Origin: Balanoglossus misakiensis
Taxonomy: Eukaryota > Animalia > Hemichordata
Direction: 5' to 3'
NCBI GenBank assembly: GCA_040954595.2
Contig: CM082581.2
Location: 4,332,699 to 4,396,698, forward strand
DNA: 64,000 nucleotides
Shown: positions 1 to 12,971 of the stretch, in pieces
Layout: each line of letters starts with the position of its first letter
How positions within the stretch are numbered: the first letter of the stretch is position 1
Program-made: the position numbers and the translations under genes
The notes under the pieces: generated by a model
The model's database searches: none
What the model saw: the letters and a program-made list of their open reading frames with translations, nothing else
Told to the model about the DNA's origin: nothing

Positions 1-548
1 TGACGTGGCAAGACCACATTTACGGACATTTGTATATAAGACTTTATATACGGTATTGTTTATGCTGAATGTGTATTGCAATCTGAATCTTTGAAATGAA
101 GTGACAGACAGGTTTGCTTTAAAATATTTCAAAGTCATGTTATGACTAGTCAGATAACAAGTCAGATAGTTTGTAAAAGGTAAACCTGTCCTATGTAATG
201 AAGGGAAAGAGGCTCCATGCTAAGTTTGAAAGTAAAATCATGCAAATACTGCAAAATGGCAGCTGTTGGGGCTTTAATAACTCATTCATTCTGCGAGATT
301 TGATGGTAAAGTATTGGGTAATTGCCTAACGACGTACACCGGAAATTGTAGTCAACTATATGTCAGCTAGACAGGAAAAGACTGACGTATCGGTGTGATT
401 ACCGAGAATAAAACATGATGGAAAACGAGCATGTTATGGAAGATATTCTTAATTATCTGACGGGATCACAAAGGAGGTGACACTATGCATCAGCCCCGGG
501 CGTCGACAAACCGCGTGGAATTCAAACACATCACATTGTTCGCCTTAA

Positions 549-1579
549 GGGACTGTCCAGAATTTACTTCCAGGGTGGGGCTGGAGGATTTCTTATTTTC
601 CTGGTGATTTTTTTCCATGGCCCCCCCTTGTAAATTGTGGAGGAAATCTGTGGCCCCCCCGTAAATTTCCTGTTTTTTTTCCATGACCCCCCCCCCCCCC
701 CCCCCAATATATACATGCATGCTTACTGGTACAGACTACGACACATACAGTCTGATAAGGCTGCATTTACAAACACCTCTGGAAGGGGGGGGGGAGAATT
801 AAATTTTTTTTACCGTTAATTTTCACATGCCCCCCGTACACAACCCGAAATATTTTCAATCCCCCCCCTTCCGAACAGCTATCTATCTTGTAAAAAAAGA
901 AAAACAGCGCTCCCATGAAAAGAATTTGAAACTGATGTTTTTCCTCATCAGTGGATATTAAAACTGAACATTGTTTATATTTGTTAAGTATTTGTATTCT
1001 GTGTTGGCAGATATTGTAAACTGAGAAGTGAAGGGGGTGGGTTTGGGAGGGGGTGTCCCCCTCCCCTGTAAGAAAATTTTATAAAATACAGAGCTCAAAG
1101 CTGCATTTTAATGAACCCAAAAGCAAATTAACTTTTTATATACATATATGAATGATTGATGAGAAAATTAACGAATTCTAGTCTGGACTTGAATTGAGCT
1201 CGTCAACAGTAACAACACTGACTGTTCACTGTACATTTATGGTCTGTGCTGGCTGGCCAAATACTGGGCATTTTATTATGCTTCACAGAGTAGAACAAGA
1301 AACTGTAGTAGATATACAAAATAACCCACCGTAAAAATTACCGGAAATTCAAGCTTATGAAGATTTAATACACATCTGTCATCCAGGTAGCCATGAGGGT
1401 TTGTTTCTTATAAATCAGTACTTCTGGGCAAATATTGAGTTTGTGGGTTTTTTTTACATGGCCCCCCCTAAAGGATTGTGATTTTTATGTCTGACCCCCC
1501 CTAATTTTTCTTGGGGAAAATGGGTGGCCCCCCCTGAAAATCCTCCAGCCCCCCCTGGAAGTAAATTCTGGACAGTCCC
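549..1579. mobile_element. Non-autonomous PIF/Harbinger-type (Tourist-like) MITE, ~1.03 kb
   Basis: ~40-bp near-perfect terminal inverted repeats: GGGACTGTCCAGAATTTACTTCCAGGG... at 549 and ...CCCTGGAAGTAAATTCTGGACAGTCCC ending at 1579. Flanked by a TAA direct repeat (546-548, 1580-1582). No transposase ORF. TWA TSDs with GGG...CCC termini are typical of PIF/Harbinger. Confidence 0.85.
1170..1340. mobile_element. Fragment of the palindromic MITE family, nested in the Harbinger MITE
   Basis: Shares the core gaattctagtc(t/c)ggacttgaatt and the downstream ...gaacaagaaactg(t/c)a..agata.acaaaa with the copies at ~9.3 kb and ~27.4 kb. Confidence 0.55.
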
Positions 1580-4500
1580 TAATTTCAGTTTGACAGTGAT
1601 GGCAGTCGCCTGAGTGAAACTCAATCTATTCTAAAGTTATCAATATCCTTTGCACGGCGTTTGGGGGGTTAATTTGGCGTGAGCAGTTCGGGCATCGCAC
1701 CATGTACACCGGCGGTTATTTATGTCACCATCGACCGACCGTATTAAATGATACCACAATTCTAAAGGAGTGTATTCGATAAACTTTTCTGTCTTATCGG
1801 CAGGTCATCTTGATCATGCACCAACGCTAAGCAGTCACTGAAAGTTTTTCCGTCCTGGTATTTGTGATCAATTTGGGTATTATTTCAACCGCACGTGTTT
1901 TGAGCGCAAATCTGATATTAGCTCAATTAGAGAGAAAGTAGATATCCTGAAAGACTTACTGAATATAAACATCAATCGTGATAGCATACACCCCTCGATC
2001 GGGCCACACCCAAAGACTTCCTGCAGAGTGGTAGTATACACAATACAAAATGTTAACATTCTTAGTAGAGCATCATATTGAGAAACGCTTGCTTAAAAAG
2101 GGGAATGCGGGAAAAATGAGTACGCATGCTCCATTAATATAAGAGGGGTGTGTTTATCATTCACCATCAAGGTCCGTACAAAAGAGAAAAGGGGGCAATT
2201 TCTCAACAACAAAAAACACCCCGACACGTGAATGGACGAGAAAACCCATGGAAAACACCAAACTCAGAAAAAAAGTAAAATCGTAGTCGCCTACGCGACC
2301 CTATACTGTAAATATATTGACGTCATCTCATAATGATATCGACGTGCAGTAAATAAGACACTGAGGATCCCTGCCTGGCATATCAAGTGCCCATGTGAGA
2401 ATATCATGTATTCATTTTAATTTAGCTCGTACACAAAAGGATGAAAATGGCAATAATAAACATATAATTGGTCTTTGCGATGACCTCACCGCATATTTTA
2501 TCCGTTTAAGATACTCATTCGCCACGTGTGATGTTATTTTCATCAACTCGACGGCTTCAGCTCGATATGATCGCCAACAGACGGATAGCAACTTTATTTA
2601 TCTTCATACAGAGCCGAGGTATCTCCCAGCCTGTGGCCAGAAACGTTCAGTTAATTATCAGAGCGAAGGCGCTATCTTTTGAGGTTATTTTGGTCATCGT
2701 TGTGTCATGTCAAAGGTTGTTCTGTTACTGAGCCGTACAGAATTGTCGACCGCGGTAACTGTAACGCTACCCCTATAGACCAAATAAGAATGTTTTTCGG
2801 TGAGCAGACCTACCTCTTGGTTAACGCAATATAACGGACTGCTAAGCATTTGCACGGTGTTAGCAACAAAATAGGATATTCCTATCTCGTATGTTTCTGG
2901 AAATATCCAAAGTTGTTATATTTCGACTTCATCGACAGTGTTCTACGCATGTCGTACGTGCGATGTACTGGTGACATTATTTCTATGTATAGAGAGTAGG
3001 CGCAGTTCAGTTGCCTGTGGTTTTGCCGTCTTACACACAAATCTCCAGCAAAACCACGGGCTACCGAACTGCGGCTATGTAGAGAACTGATATTCAGCAT
3101 TGTAGTATATGTCATTATAGGACCAAATGAAGCACATTTATCTCAATTTATTACAGAAATAAGAGCAACTTATCTGGAGGTGGCGACTTTTAAAGAGGAC
3201 GGCGACGCTTCTTTGATGGTTTGTTAAGGGTCTACTATATCTTTTGTTGGCCTCAACGTGATAGCGGCACACAGATCTTCACTTCATGCACAGTGGCGTC
3301 CAAACACCATAGCCAGCTGTAGGGCAGCAAGCATGTGTCATTTGTGTTTTGTTTCCACGTTTCTCCTGTAGGTTTTAGGCGTTAATGAAAGATAATTAGT
3401 ATGCAATGACGATTTAGGGAACATGCAGTAGATCGAGAATGTTTTTTTCGCTCCCATTTTATAGGTTTTCTGCAGGCAATTTTTATGAAAGACGAGAGTG
3501 AGAATTTATGTCAGTTGACTACTTCTATGGACACGGTTGACAGGTACGCTTCATTACAACCTGTCAAAGACGACAAGGCCAATCTGGGCACAAAAGCGGC
3601 GCCGCACTGCTGTGCTCACATCACGTGCGATTCACGTTCAAGTTAATAAACCGCCTGTAAACGGCATGCAACGAAACAGATTGTTTCCTGTCGTTTTACA
3701 CCGTCTGTGGGTGTTTGAACACGTCTGTCAGGATAAGGATTTTTTGAATTATAGATGTGTCATAGTTGATAACACCTTGATCCAGGACGACAAATAGTTT
3801 TACAGTCTCTGACACGTGCAGTCGTGTCTATAATTCCAGGAGTCATGATAATGAATGCTTTCAAAAGACATTTGATAAGCTCCTGTTACCTTATCGATTT
3901 TATGCCAGTGGATCGATTTAACGTAGACCATAAAAAAACTTGAACATCGATACGTTAATGTACAAAAATACTTCAAATATTCATACCGCGTATACTAACT
4001 CAAGAATCTGCCTGGAGCAAACACACACATACACACATCGAATAATGCATATTTACATAAAACTGATTGAGTTAACACTTATTCATTACACACAGATTGA
4101 TATCACGTAAGGAAATCTAATCCATGAGAGAAACGGCGAGACAAATTAGATTTATTTCGAGGCGTCATGATAGTATGATCACGTTCGACTTTTTCCAGCT
4201 GAGTTTTAAACAGTGGCAACCGATTTCATCAAATATTTATAACTAATTTGCAGAAGCAAATTGAAAGTCGACTACAGACTACATGCCATAAAGAGAGACC
4301 TTGGTTGCCGTGGTACCGACACTAGCAATGAACGTGTAATGAAGCAACAAACACACGGTTGTCATGTTGAGTATTCTAATAGTTTAATTAGCATATTCTA
4401 ATAATCTCAACAGAATCTGTTGACATGATACATTTCAAGAGTATGGATGGAATACATTATTTACAAACAGACGATTCAGACGATTATTACACCAAGCATG

Positions 4501-6307
4501 CTAAAAAGACATTATCATATTACGTTACACATTTTTGTTTCTTTCCAGAAATAAAAAAAGAGTACGCTTAAATTCGATAAACAGAAACAAATAACTGCGC
4601 ACGTTATTGCTATAACCCTTTATAATGGTGTGTAATGAGTTACTTATCATATTTTGACATGAACAAATGTCATTATTATTGTACGTCTACCTATTATATG
4701 TTACTTAACTAACAATCTGCTAAATTTCATTTATCTTGTCTGGTCCAAACTTTACAGGTTACAAATAACGTGAATTCAATCTTGCCTGTATCGTTTAGCA
4801 ATCCCCTGGTGTTGCTATGCTAAATGCTCCTTAGTAACCAGGCAAATATGGAACGCGTAACTAAGCAATGCCCATTGCAGTATTAGACAGAACCCCAACC
4901 TAGGCACCACTAGACAATACCCACATTAACCTCGATATTACCCAAGCTGTCGTGACCGCCTGTTCACCCAGACTCCTGCAAGTTGTTCGTGCTCGCTCAC
5001 TCAGTACCCCCGCGGGTTGTATGCATGAGTCCGATGAAGCGTTATGGAAACCCCCAGTTAGCTCACAAGTGTCAGTGCATCCACTGCGTCATGATAATTC
5101 AGCGGTACTGTTGACATAGCAAAAAGGGGATAAATGAAAAAGCAGCAGGTGGGGGTCTAGAGGTCTGCGTTATTCACTAGAAACCTGATACAAGCCTGAT
5201 TCGGGTGTGTGTACGCGAGGGCGTGTTCCCCTCCCCTTGAAACTTGATAGAAGGGCCACTTTTGCACGGAATTATTTTTATCGATCGGGGTTCTCCGATA
5301 CCCCCCCCCATCCCTCACTTACAATACATGGCTTGTTCATTATTTCCCCGAAACTTTCTCTGCACAAAAAAAAAACAGAATGGTGATTAATCTGAAACTA
5401 ACGACAATGTTTGCAGCCGAACACGTATCGGTTCAGTGATAAATTATGTCCTCTGACACATTGGCACACTTGATGACGGCAATAAATGCTGTCGATGACA
5501 AAGTAAAACGTCTGGTGAGCTTAACTCGATGAACTATTTATATTATGAAGTATGCAATAATACCAGTCGAGCTCGTTATATGTAGTACAAATACATTTGA
5601 TTCGACCTTTTGCCAGAGGTTGATGTCTTGCATGCAAACAATGTTCTAACTGCATGTTTGTATAAGATAATCTACGTTCCATGCCGATTTGCTTGTATGA
5701 CATGTTTACAATTGTCGGTCTTCAATTCGCTTCGTTATCATCGACATGCTGGAGTTAATTCAACTAACAGATCCCATACGGAGAACTAGAATTCAAGACA
5801 ATAGCAAATGATAAACTGAAAATTATAAACATCGCATTCTGCGTCGCATACCCATGGTCTGATAAAGGACTTCTAATATGTATATATAGCTACGGTGCTG
5901 GTATTCGGAAAATGAAGACCTGCTTTTGGAAGTGAATTCATGGCTTTCCATTCTCAGCTTTTAACCCCACGTACCTCACCGCATACCTATACATTCTGTC
6001 TGTTATCTGACCTAGAAATTACAATGTATCGCAACAGATGTGACTTTGGTCCTCCTTTGGCGATATTAGACGTAAGAAAGTCATTAAAGTGAGTGGTAGA
6101 TATTATTTCAAACTATATGTGACAATATGTAATGACACATGTTGGCGATCCGTTTAAAGTTTCTGAAATTTTTAGGTTAATCATTGGTGAGTGAAGTACA
6201 CATCACAAGACTACTCCTAACATGTACGTTCAAATAAACATGGAACAAAATGTTTCTTCAATTTCTGGAAAACGATGTTGGCGTTTTCTTTGTGCTCGCA
6301 CGACTTA

Positions 6308-7417
6308 TTACACGTAGGTCTGCAGTCCTGTCTTGGCAGACACGGTGGTTCCAATCGTGCGAGCAGGTGAAGTTGACGACTTATCCGGAAGTGGACGACA
6401 ACTTACGACGTGGAGGAAGGCATTTCGACCTGTTTGATTTATGAGGTTATAGAGGACAGGGTTGACGGACGAATTGATCACAAGTAACCACCTGGAGAAG
6501 TCGTACATGCAAACAGCGAAGGTTCCGCCAGTGTTCTGACCCGTGTTCACCCAAATATATTGGTGAATGAACTTGTAAATCGACGGCAACAAGCTGACGA
6601 AGAAAACGAGCGAGATTACCCCGCAGGTAATGCTGATCTGCTTCTCGTCTGACTTGCGATTGGTGTGTTCGAAGGCTTCCATCTGGCGGCAGAATGCCCT
6701 GTAGTTTTTCGCCGTCAACAGGTACATCACGACCACAATCAACAACGTCACGGTGAATACAATGACGTAGAGGATATATGCGACGTTCCGTGCCTTGTCG
6801 GTGACAGCTTTATCCGTTGCCGCGGCCTGGATTATTCTTGGAACGGACAGCACAACGCCCAGTAACCACGTCAACAGGATGACGCGCTTGATGCGAGACT
6901 TGGACAAACTTTGTCGGAATCTCAGCGGATAACTTATTCCCACAAATCGCTCGGCGCTGATGACGGTGACGTTTATAAGTGACGTGAACAGGAGGCTGCT
7001 GTGAAAGATCAAAATGTAGTATTGGAAAGCCTTGCTGTACAGCAGCTTCGTCAAAAGCGTCAGTTCCAACGAAAAGTTCAAGAGGACAGATACCAAGAGA
7101 AGCAAGTCGGCGACCGCCAGGTTCAACAAGTAGGCGTTGGGCAGCGTGCGCATGGCGGGAACTTTGCAGATGACGAAGATGAAGAGGCAGTTGAAGACGA
7201 CGCCGAACGACGCGATGGTGGTCGCGCCGATGTAGTACACCTCGTCCGTGAAGAGACACAGGGCTCCCGACTCGCCAACAGGTAAATCTTCGTCCGGTTC
7301 GCCAGAACTATCTTGCAGGAGCAGCGTATCGATGGTAACGGTGCTCCCGTTGTCGAACACAGTGCTGGACATGTTGTCCCAGGAAGTCTGCAAGTCGATC
7401 GTGAAAGCTTCGTCCAT
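6308..7417 (-). CDS. Intronless class A (rhodopsin-like) GPCR, orphan, peptide-receptor-like, 369 aa
   Basis: Seven hydrophobic segments with class A motifs: GVVFN (TM1), NLAVADL (TM2), ERF (TM3), W (TM4), LLP (TM6), NSSVNPVLY (TM7). The track ORF opens at a TTG (7513); the first ATG is at 7417 in a good Kozak context (GCCATGG). Stop TAA at 6308-6310. Confidence 0.9.
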   Translation of the reverse strand: MDEAFTIDLQTSWDNMSSTVFDNGSTVTIDTLLLQDSSGEPDEDLPVGESGALCLFTDEVYYIGATTIASFGVVFNCLFIFVICKVPAMRTLPNAYLLNLAVADLLLLVSVLLNFSLELTLLTKLLYSKAFQYYILIFHSSLLFTSLINVTVISAERFVGISYPLRFRQSLSKSRIKRVILLTWLLGVVLSVPRIIQAAATDKAVTDKARNVAYILYVIVFTVTLLIVVVMYLLTAKNYRAFCRQMEAFEHTNRKSDEKQISITCGVISLVFFVSLLPSIYKFIHQYIWVNTGQNTGGTFAVCMYDFSRWLLVINSSVNPVLYNLINQTGRNAFLHVVSCRPLPDKSSTSPARTIGTTVSAKTGLQTYV

Positions 7418-7490
7418 GGCTGTGCGCTGCGATAGATAACTCTCGCTCTTTCCTCCTCTCCGCCCGACCTCCGTCACTGCAGCTCGATTC

Positions 7491-7514
7491 TTTTTATACT
7501 CACCATCAGCCAAT
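7491..7514 (-). promoter_or_regulatory. Putative core promoter of the orphan GPCR (TATA box plus CCAAT box)
   Basis: TATAAAAA on the minus strand at 7491-7498, ~75 nt upstream of the ATG at 7417. CCAAT on the plus strand at 7510-7514. Confidence 0.45.
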
Positions 7515-8042
7515 TACTGATTAACATATCAACAATCGCTGTACGTTTTATGATTTTCCCCACCAAGCTAGGCACTCTCACTGCAACTATGCGAGGTATG
7601 CCAAGTTGGACAGTCAAGCTTATTGATATCGCGTATAGACGTCAGCGTACAGGTTAAGTTATTTTGAAGCACAATTTCAATTAAACATCTCTTGACATAT
7701 TTATTCCCTGGTGTTAATTTGATCACATTATTAGTGGTTAGCATTCTGAAATACTGAATTAAACACTAATGAATTGGGCAACATCCAATCAAGGCCTGTC
7801 ATGCGTGTCTCTTCAAATATTCCTTATTTTCACATGAAAAGGAGGCAAGTCAAATGATAGATGACTTCTCTGTAATAACCCAACAATGTCAACGGATATT
7901 GAATGTCTACGTGACTTCTGTAAGTGGAACTACTGTTGAACAAAAAAAGTAATTAGGCCTAAGACAATATATGCGGGTCCTGAAATGATGGTTTTTATAA
8001 TGTGGGGATTGTAATGAGTCCGAAATAACGTTAGTAGTAATC

Positions 8043-8179
8043 ATGATGATGATGATGATGATGATATAAACCTAACAATAACGCAAAGTAACTACATATA
8101 GTAACAACAACAACAACAACAGCAACAACAACAACAACAACAACAGCAACAACAACAACAACAACAGCTGCAGCAGCAG
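8043..8179. repeat. Compound microsatellite (GAT)n and (CAA/CAG)n
   Basis: Trinucleotide runs at 8043-8064 and ~8103-8179. Confidence 0.9.
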
Positions 8180-9283
8180 TAAACATAATACGCCTTACTA
8201 TTTTGTCAAGAAATGTGATGCCAATCTGAATCAATAATGAAATTAATTTTGCCAGGTTAGTAGAACTTGCAGAATCATTGAAGCATAACCGTGTATAGCG
8301 GAACAGGGTACACATCAAATTCCAAACTATAGCTGACATTTCATTGTCAACTGTTTCCTATGTGGAATATTAAACGTCATTACTTTTGGTACATGTAATT
8401 CTCTGGCGCGCGTCGCCTATCTAGGACAGGAAAATTAATGTTCGAATAAAAGTAATTTACTGACATCTTCAATTAACGAGATTTACGGGCTGAACAGTCC
8501 AATCGGTGAAAGATTTGTTATTTGTTTTCAAATTACAATGACTTACTGTCGGAAGCCAATACTTGTAACTGGCAGGATGTCACACCCCTAGCTCAGGCTG
8601 AATACTACGCCTCTACCCACAATGCATTGGCTGTCGCCAACGACAGTAAATTGTTTATCTTTCATTGGTGGTGTAATCTAAAGTAAACGTTTTTGGACTC
8701 GTTTGACCGACACATCAAGTCATGCATGTATTTGATAAAGGCCAGTTGTTATCAGCTCTAAAAGCTTACTTCAGTAGACCACATTGCATCGTCCGCTCGC
8801 ACGATCCTTGGCTGGACCACAGTCTCCCAGATGACCCACATCGCAGAGATGGACTTCAATGATTGAAAACGTTTGGAATAGTAAAAAAAATTCTAGTCTC
8901 CGTCGACATTTTCATTTTGTTATACTTATTTCATTGCCAGTCTTTCATTCTTGCTTATTGAATTGTATAATTGTCCTGTTCATGTGCGTCAGATCAGTCA
9001 TCCGGCGACCCAGCACAAACTGTACAAAAAATTGTGCGATCTAATATATCCCCGTGGGTGGTTAAATATAGAAAATTAGGATTCGATGCAAAAAGTGATC
9101 CGTCACTTGCAATAAAAATGTCATTCACTAATGAACTTCACATACCGGAGCCATATTCAATTTCATGACATATCACAACATGTCATCAAACAGATGTTTT
9201 GTAACTTGGAGCTAAAACTCATAATTGCCAATGACCTTCTGTCGACCTTTTGACATAGGAGTTTCCCTCGACACACGTTTACT

Positions 9284-9600
9284 TTAAAGGGATATTTATA
9301 GCTGTCACGTTTGGCTTTAATTTCAGTACATGTATTTTTGTTCTGTCTACCAAATGCAGTTTCTTGTTTTTACTCCAAACAGCCTGCTAATGGATAGAGT
9401 ACTCCGCTGTTTGTGTGTAACGGTCATTGTTATTGTTGACAAATGAATTCTAGTCCGGACTTGAATTCAAATTTGAAATAATGACAACGCTGACTATACA
9501 AATATATGTTGTGTTGGTAAGCTGGACATTTCACCATGTTTCAAGAATTTGATCAAGAAACTGCAATAGATACACAAAACAAAAGTGCTTAAAACATAGA
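9284..9600. mobile_element. Palindromic MITE with TTAA-AG terminus (Kolobok/piggyBac-like, non-autonomous)
   Basis: Left arm ttaaag...agctgtcac...ttcagta...tttttgttctgtcta...gcagtttcttg mirrors the right arm caagaaactgcaatagatacacaaaacaaaa. Central gaattctagtccggacttgaattc. Related copies occur elsewhere in the window. The superfamily assignment is inferred. Confidence 0.6.
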
Positions 9601-10502
9601 GAAAAGATAAATTAAGAGTAGACTGGAAATTCGTCGTTTGAGGGCGCCCCCCGCACTTCATGCATTTCTTATGTCTTTTGGAAAACTGAAATATATTGAT
9701 CACTTTTATCTGTACCGTACCAAATTATTTAGAATTTCGCTCCATCATTTCTTCTAACTTTCACATATACTGATATTCATACAGTTAAGCTAACTAATCT
9801 AAGATGATATAACGATCATTTAGTCACAATTTGTAATTCTTGTAATTGTACGTACGAAGGGGGCATTGTTTACAAATACATGATGAGTCTGACAACATAC
9901 GGGTCACTTTAATCGGCTAAAGTCTCAACAAGGTCGACACGGACAGGTGTCTATTTCACACACAAATCAATATTCGGTCCGACATGTTTAAGTCTTTGGA
10001 AGATGGTGTATCTACACGTATGTTTCTAGGATTCCATTTCACTTGGTTACACATACATGTATTATTGTACAGTCATCCGATGTGTAAAGTTTGGATATCA
10101 AGTCTCCCCCCCAACATATTGCACTTTGATTAAACTTCGTCGTATGACTAAACACGTCATGTTATCTCAAGGGATATAATTCGCGTCAATCAACTTAAAA
10201 GATAGACGTCAGTTGTGATCAACGTTCCTAAATATAATATATAGTGGAAGTTTAATGGATCAAGTGCTGCAATGTTTTACCAGTCACGAGTAGTTTACAA
10301 GTGCAGTTGGGTCGAGATGTTTTGATATTGACAAATGGGAAATTGTAGATTGGTATACCACAATGCAATGCGCGACTAAAAATTGTCGATAATTGGACAC
10401 GTGACCAGTGAATCTGACGAAGTCGACAAAACTTGACGAAAGGGTACACTTTTTATCTTGTCGCCAATGTTTTGTCGATTCACCTGTTTATGAGGTTGTA
10501 AT

Positions 10503-12939
10503 ATGGGCAAAGAAACCGCAATGGGTAAGTTTCTGAGTACCACAGACCCTTAATTAATGTGTCCGATTACGGTAATCTATTGCGTATACCCAAAAGAATA
10601 GCAATTGAAACGAAACAACACATTTTTGGAATTCATATACTTGCTATGATTATAAGTTCTTCCAGATATATTATGGTATTCCGTAAACATTTCCTCACAA
10701 CTGCAATGTGTTCCCTGTGCCAACAACTGCGCCCTAGTCTTTTTGGTGTGAAGTCATAGTAAGATCTGAGATAAAGCTGGGAAAGATCGATCTAACTACA
10801 GTTATATTCATGTTTTTTTTCTAATCTGCAAAACATCCCAACGCAGGTGTGGTTGGAGCCGCCCTCGCAGTTCTACTGCAAATGGCAACCCTTGTTGGTA
10901 AGTGAATATTCAAGTCGAAATTACAATATATATGTAACTAATTATGGAGTAGTGTCAAACAGCATTAAAATCATTCTTATAATTATGAATTCTTCACGTG
11001 AATCTAATTTTGCTCAAAAATTGTTTAGAAAACTTGTTAATTATTCAGAAGACGTCATCGATCTTGTACACCGCCATTGTCTGTCCGTTCACACAACAAA
11101 GGGGTGTCATCTTCACAAAACAGCGATCGATACACGACACCAAACCTGCGTTGTATCTCTCCGGCTGAAGACGAGTTTCACTGTCTCTAAAATATTCTCA
11201 TAAACTCATTTTCAAGCTCTTTATAACTTTTATTTCTAGTTTAAACCTGTGACCTCTGGTTTGACGACAAGGATTGATATTACTATGATTAGTTTTTGTT
11301 TCATAAGCTTCCCGTGGTGTCGTCTATATTCATATCAATCTAGATCATTTGTGATGCGATGCGATGTGATATTATGTGAACTGTCATGTTTTAAATCCCT
11401 ACAGAGTCCCACACAAACTGCCGCAAGGACTGGTCGGAATACAATTACTATTGTTACTATCTGAACACCGGGTCCTACACATGGGAGGACGCCCGCACGT
11501 GGTGTCGCAACGTTGTCGACGGCGGAGATCTCGTCAGTATTCTCAGCAGTGGCGAGAACAACCACGTGGATGCAATGATCAGCACCAACATCCATATAGG
11601 TCAGTTTCGTCAGACAGTGTCGTCAGATTCTCGGTGAAGTTTGATTGACAGCATGTCGCGTGGACCTAACATTCACACACTGTCAATTACATGTATATAA
11701 ACACAAGTGACGTCATTAAAAGTACAGTTGTTCACTAAGAGTGGCGCAAACTCTTCCTCGATTTGTGTAGGGGCCAAAATCAAAGTATACGTATATAATG
11801 ACGCAGATGTCTTTATCATATCCCTTCTGTTGTATTATAATGTAAACCTATTTAGGTAACTGCATGATTATTTGGTTGCATTTGACGCCTGGCTCTGTGA
11901 TTCAAAATCAGCAGTGGTTGAACTGTGCATAGAATAGGTAAACATTTTGTTAAACATGGGATGATAGGGAATACCACATCTTTTTGTAGGATTCAACGAT
12001 TTGTCAAAAGAGGGCGACTGGCAGTGGAGCGATGAGAGGAGCGTGTCTTACACCAACTGGAATTCTGGTGAACCTAGCGGCAACAGTGGTCTTGGCAACT
12101 GCGCTGGAATGTACACGTCAGGCTATTGGGACGACTATGCCTGTTCTACAGCCAGGCCGTTCGTCTGTAAAGGTTTGTATTATCGCCAATGTTCAAACTG
12201 TCTATTTTATTCTGTGCTAAGTTCACTTTTACATGATTGTTATTGATTATTCTACCTTGGTATTTTGATTTTGCTGAGCAGTTCACACTAACCGTCTCCG
12301 TTCTCATCAAACACAGTATTACGTATAATACCATAAATGCTGAATATAGCCACCCCCCTCACTAACAACACTGATCACAGTCTGGACTGTACACCGATGA
12401 AGACTTTTACATAATTATCATAGGTTGGAATGGAAACGCACTATAGTGAGCCGTCATGCATGTTGCTAGGCGAAAGATTGAGAAACGGCACAGCCACCTC
12501 AGATTGTTGTAACAAGCACCATATCGTCCTTTATTAATTTTGTGTGTTCTTCTTATATTTTGAGATGTAGGGCGTTTAACATCCTATTATTGGCGGAATG
12601 CTGTTACATCATGACATAATGTCTGCACGCGTTTATAACCATATCTATTGTATTTCCTATATCTGACCAGTTGCCAAGGAGTGGACGGCCGTGCAGACTG
12701 GATGCCAGTGTTATTTTGACGCTACCCGCTATGACTGTGCCTGCTGTCGTGATGGTGGTTGTAACTGCGGTATATCATATCCTCATCAATGTGTCCTCTG
12801 CGGCGACGCAAATGCTTGCGGCCAAGATTACTCTGGGCCAATTGATCGTAAGTACTAGGCTTGGTCGATACTTGGAGACAAATTTTGTCAATGAGTCGGA
12901 CAAAAATCCGCCTCCACTGATCGAAGTAGGCATATATGA

Positions 12940-12971
<32 letters not shown>

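Noticed and set aside
7418-7513. N-terminal 32-aa extension of the orphan GPCR in the ORF track
   Set aside because: It starts at TTG, which is not a normal eukaryotic start, and overlaps a TATA-like box. The first ATG is at 7417.
8755-8885. Possible upstream 5'-UTR exon or promoter of lectin paralog A
   Set aside because: No convincing donor/acceptor pair or TATA box; needs transcript data.
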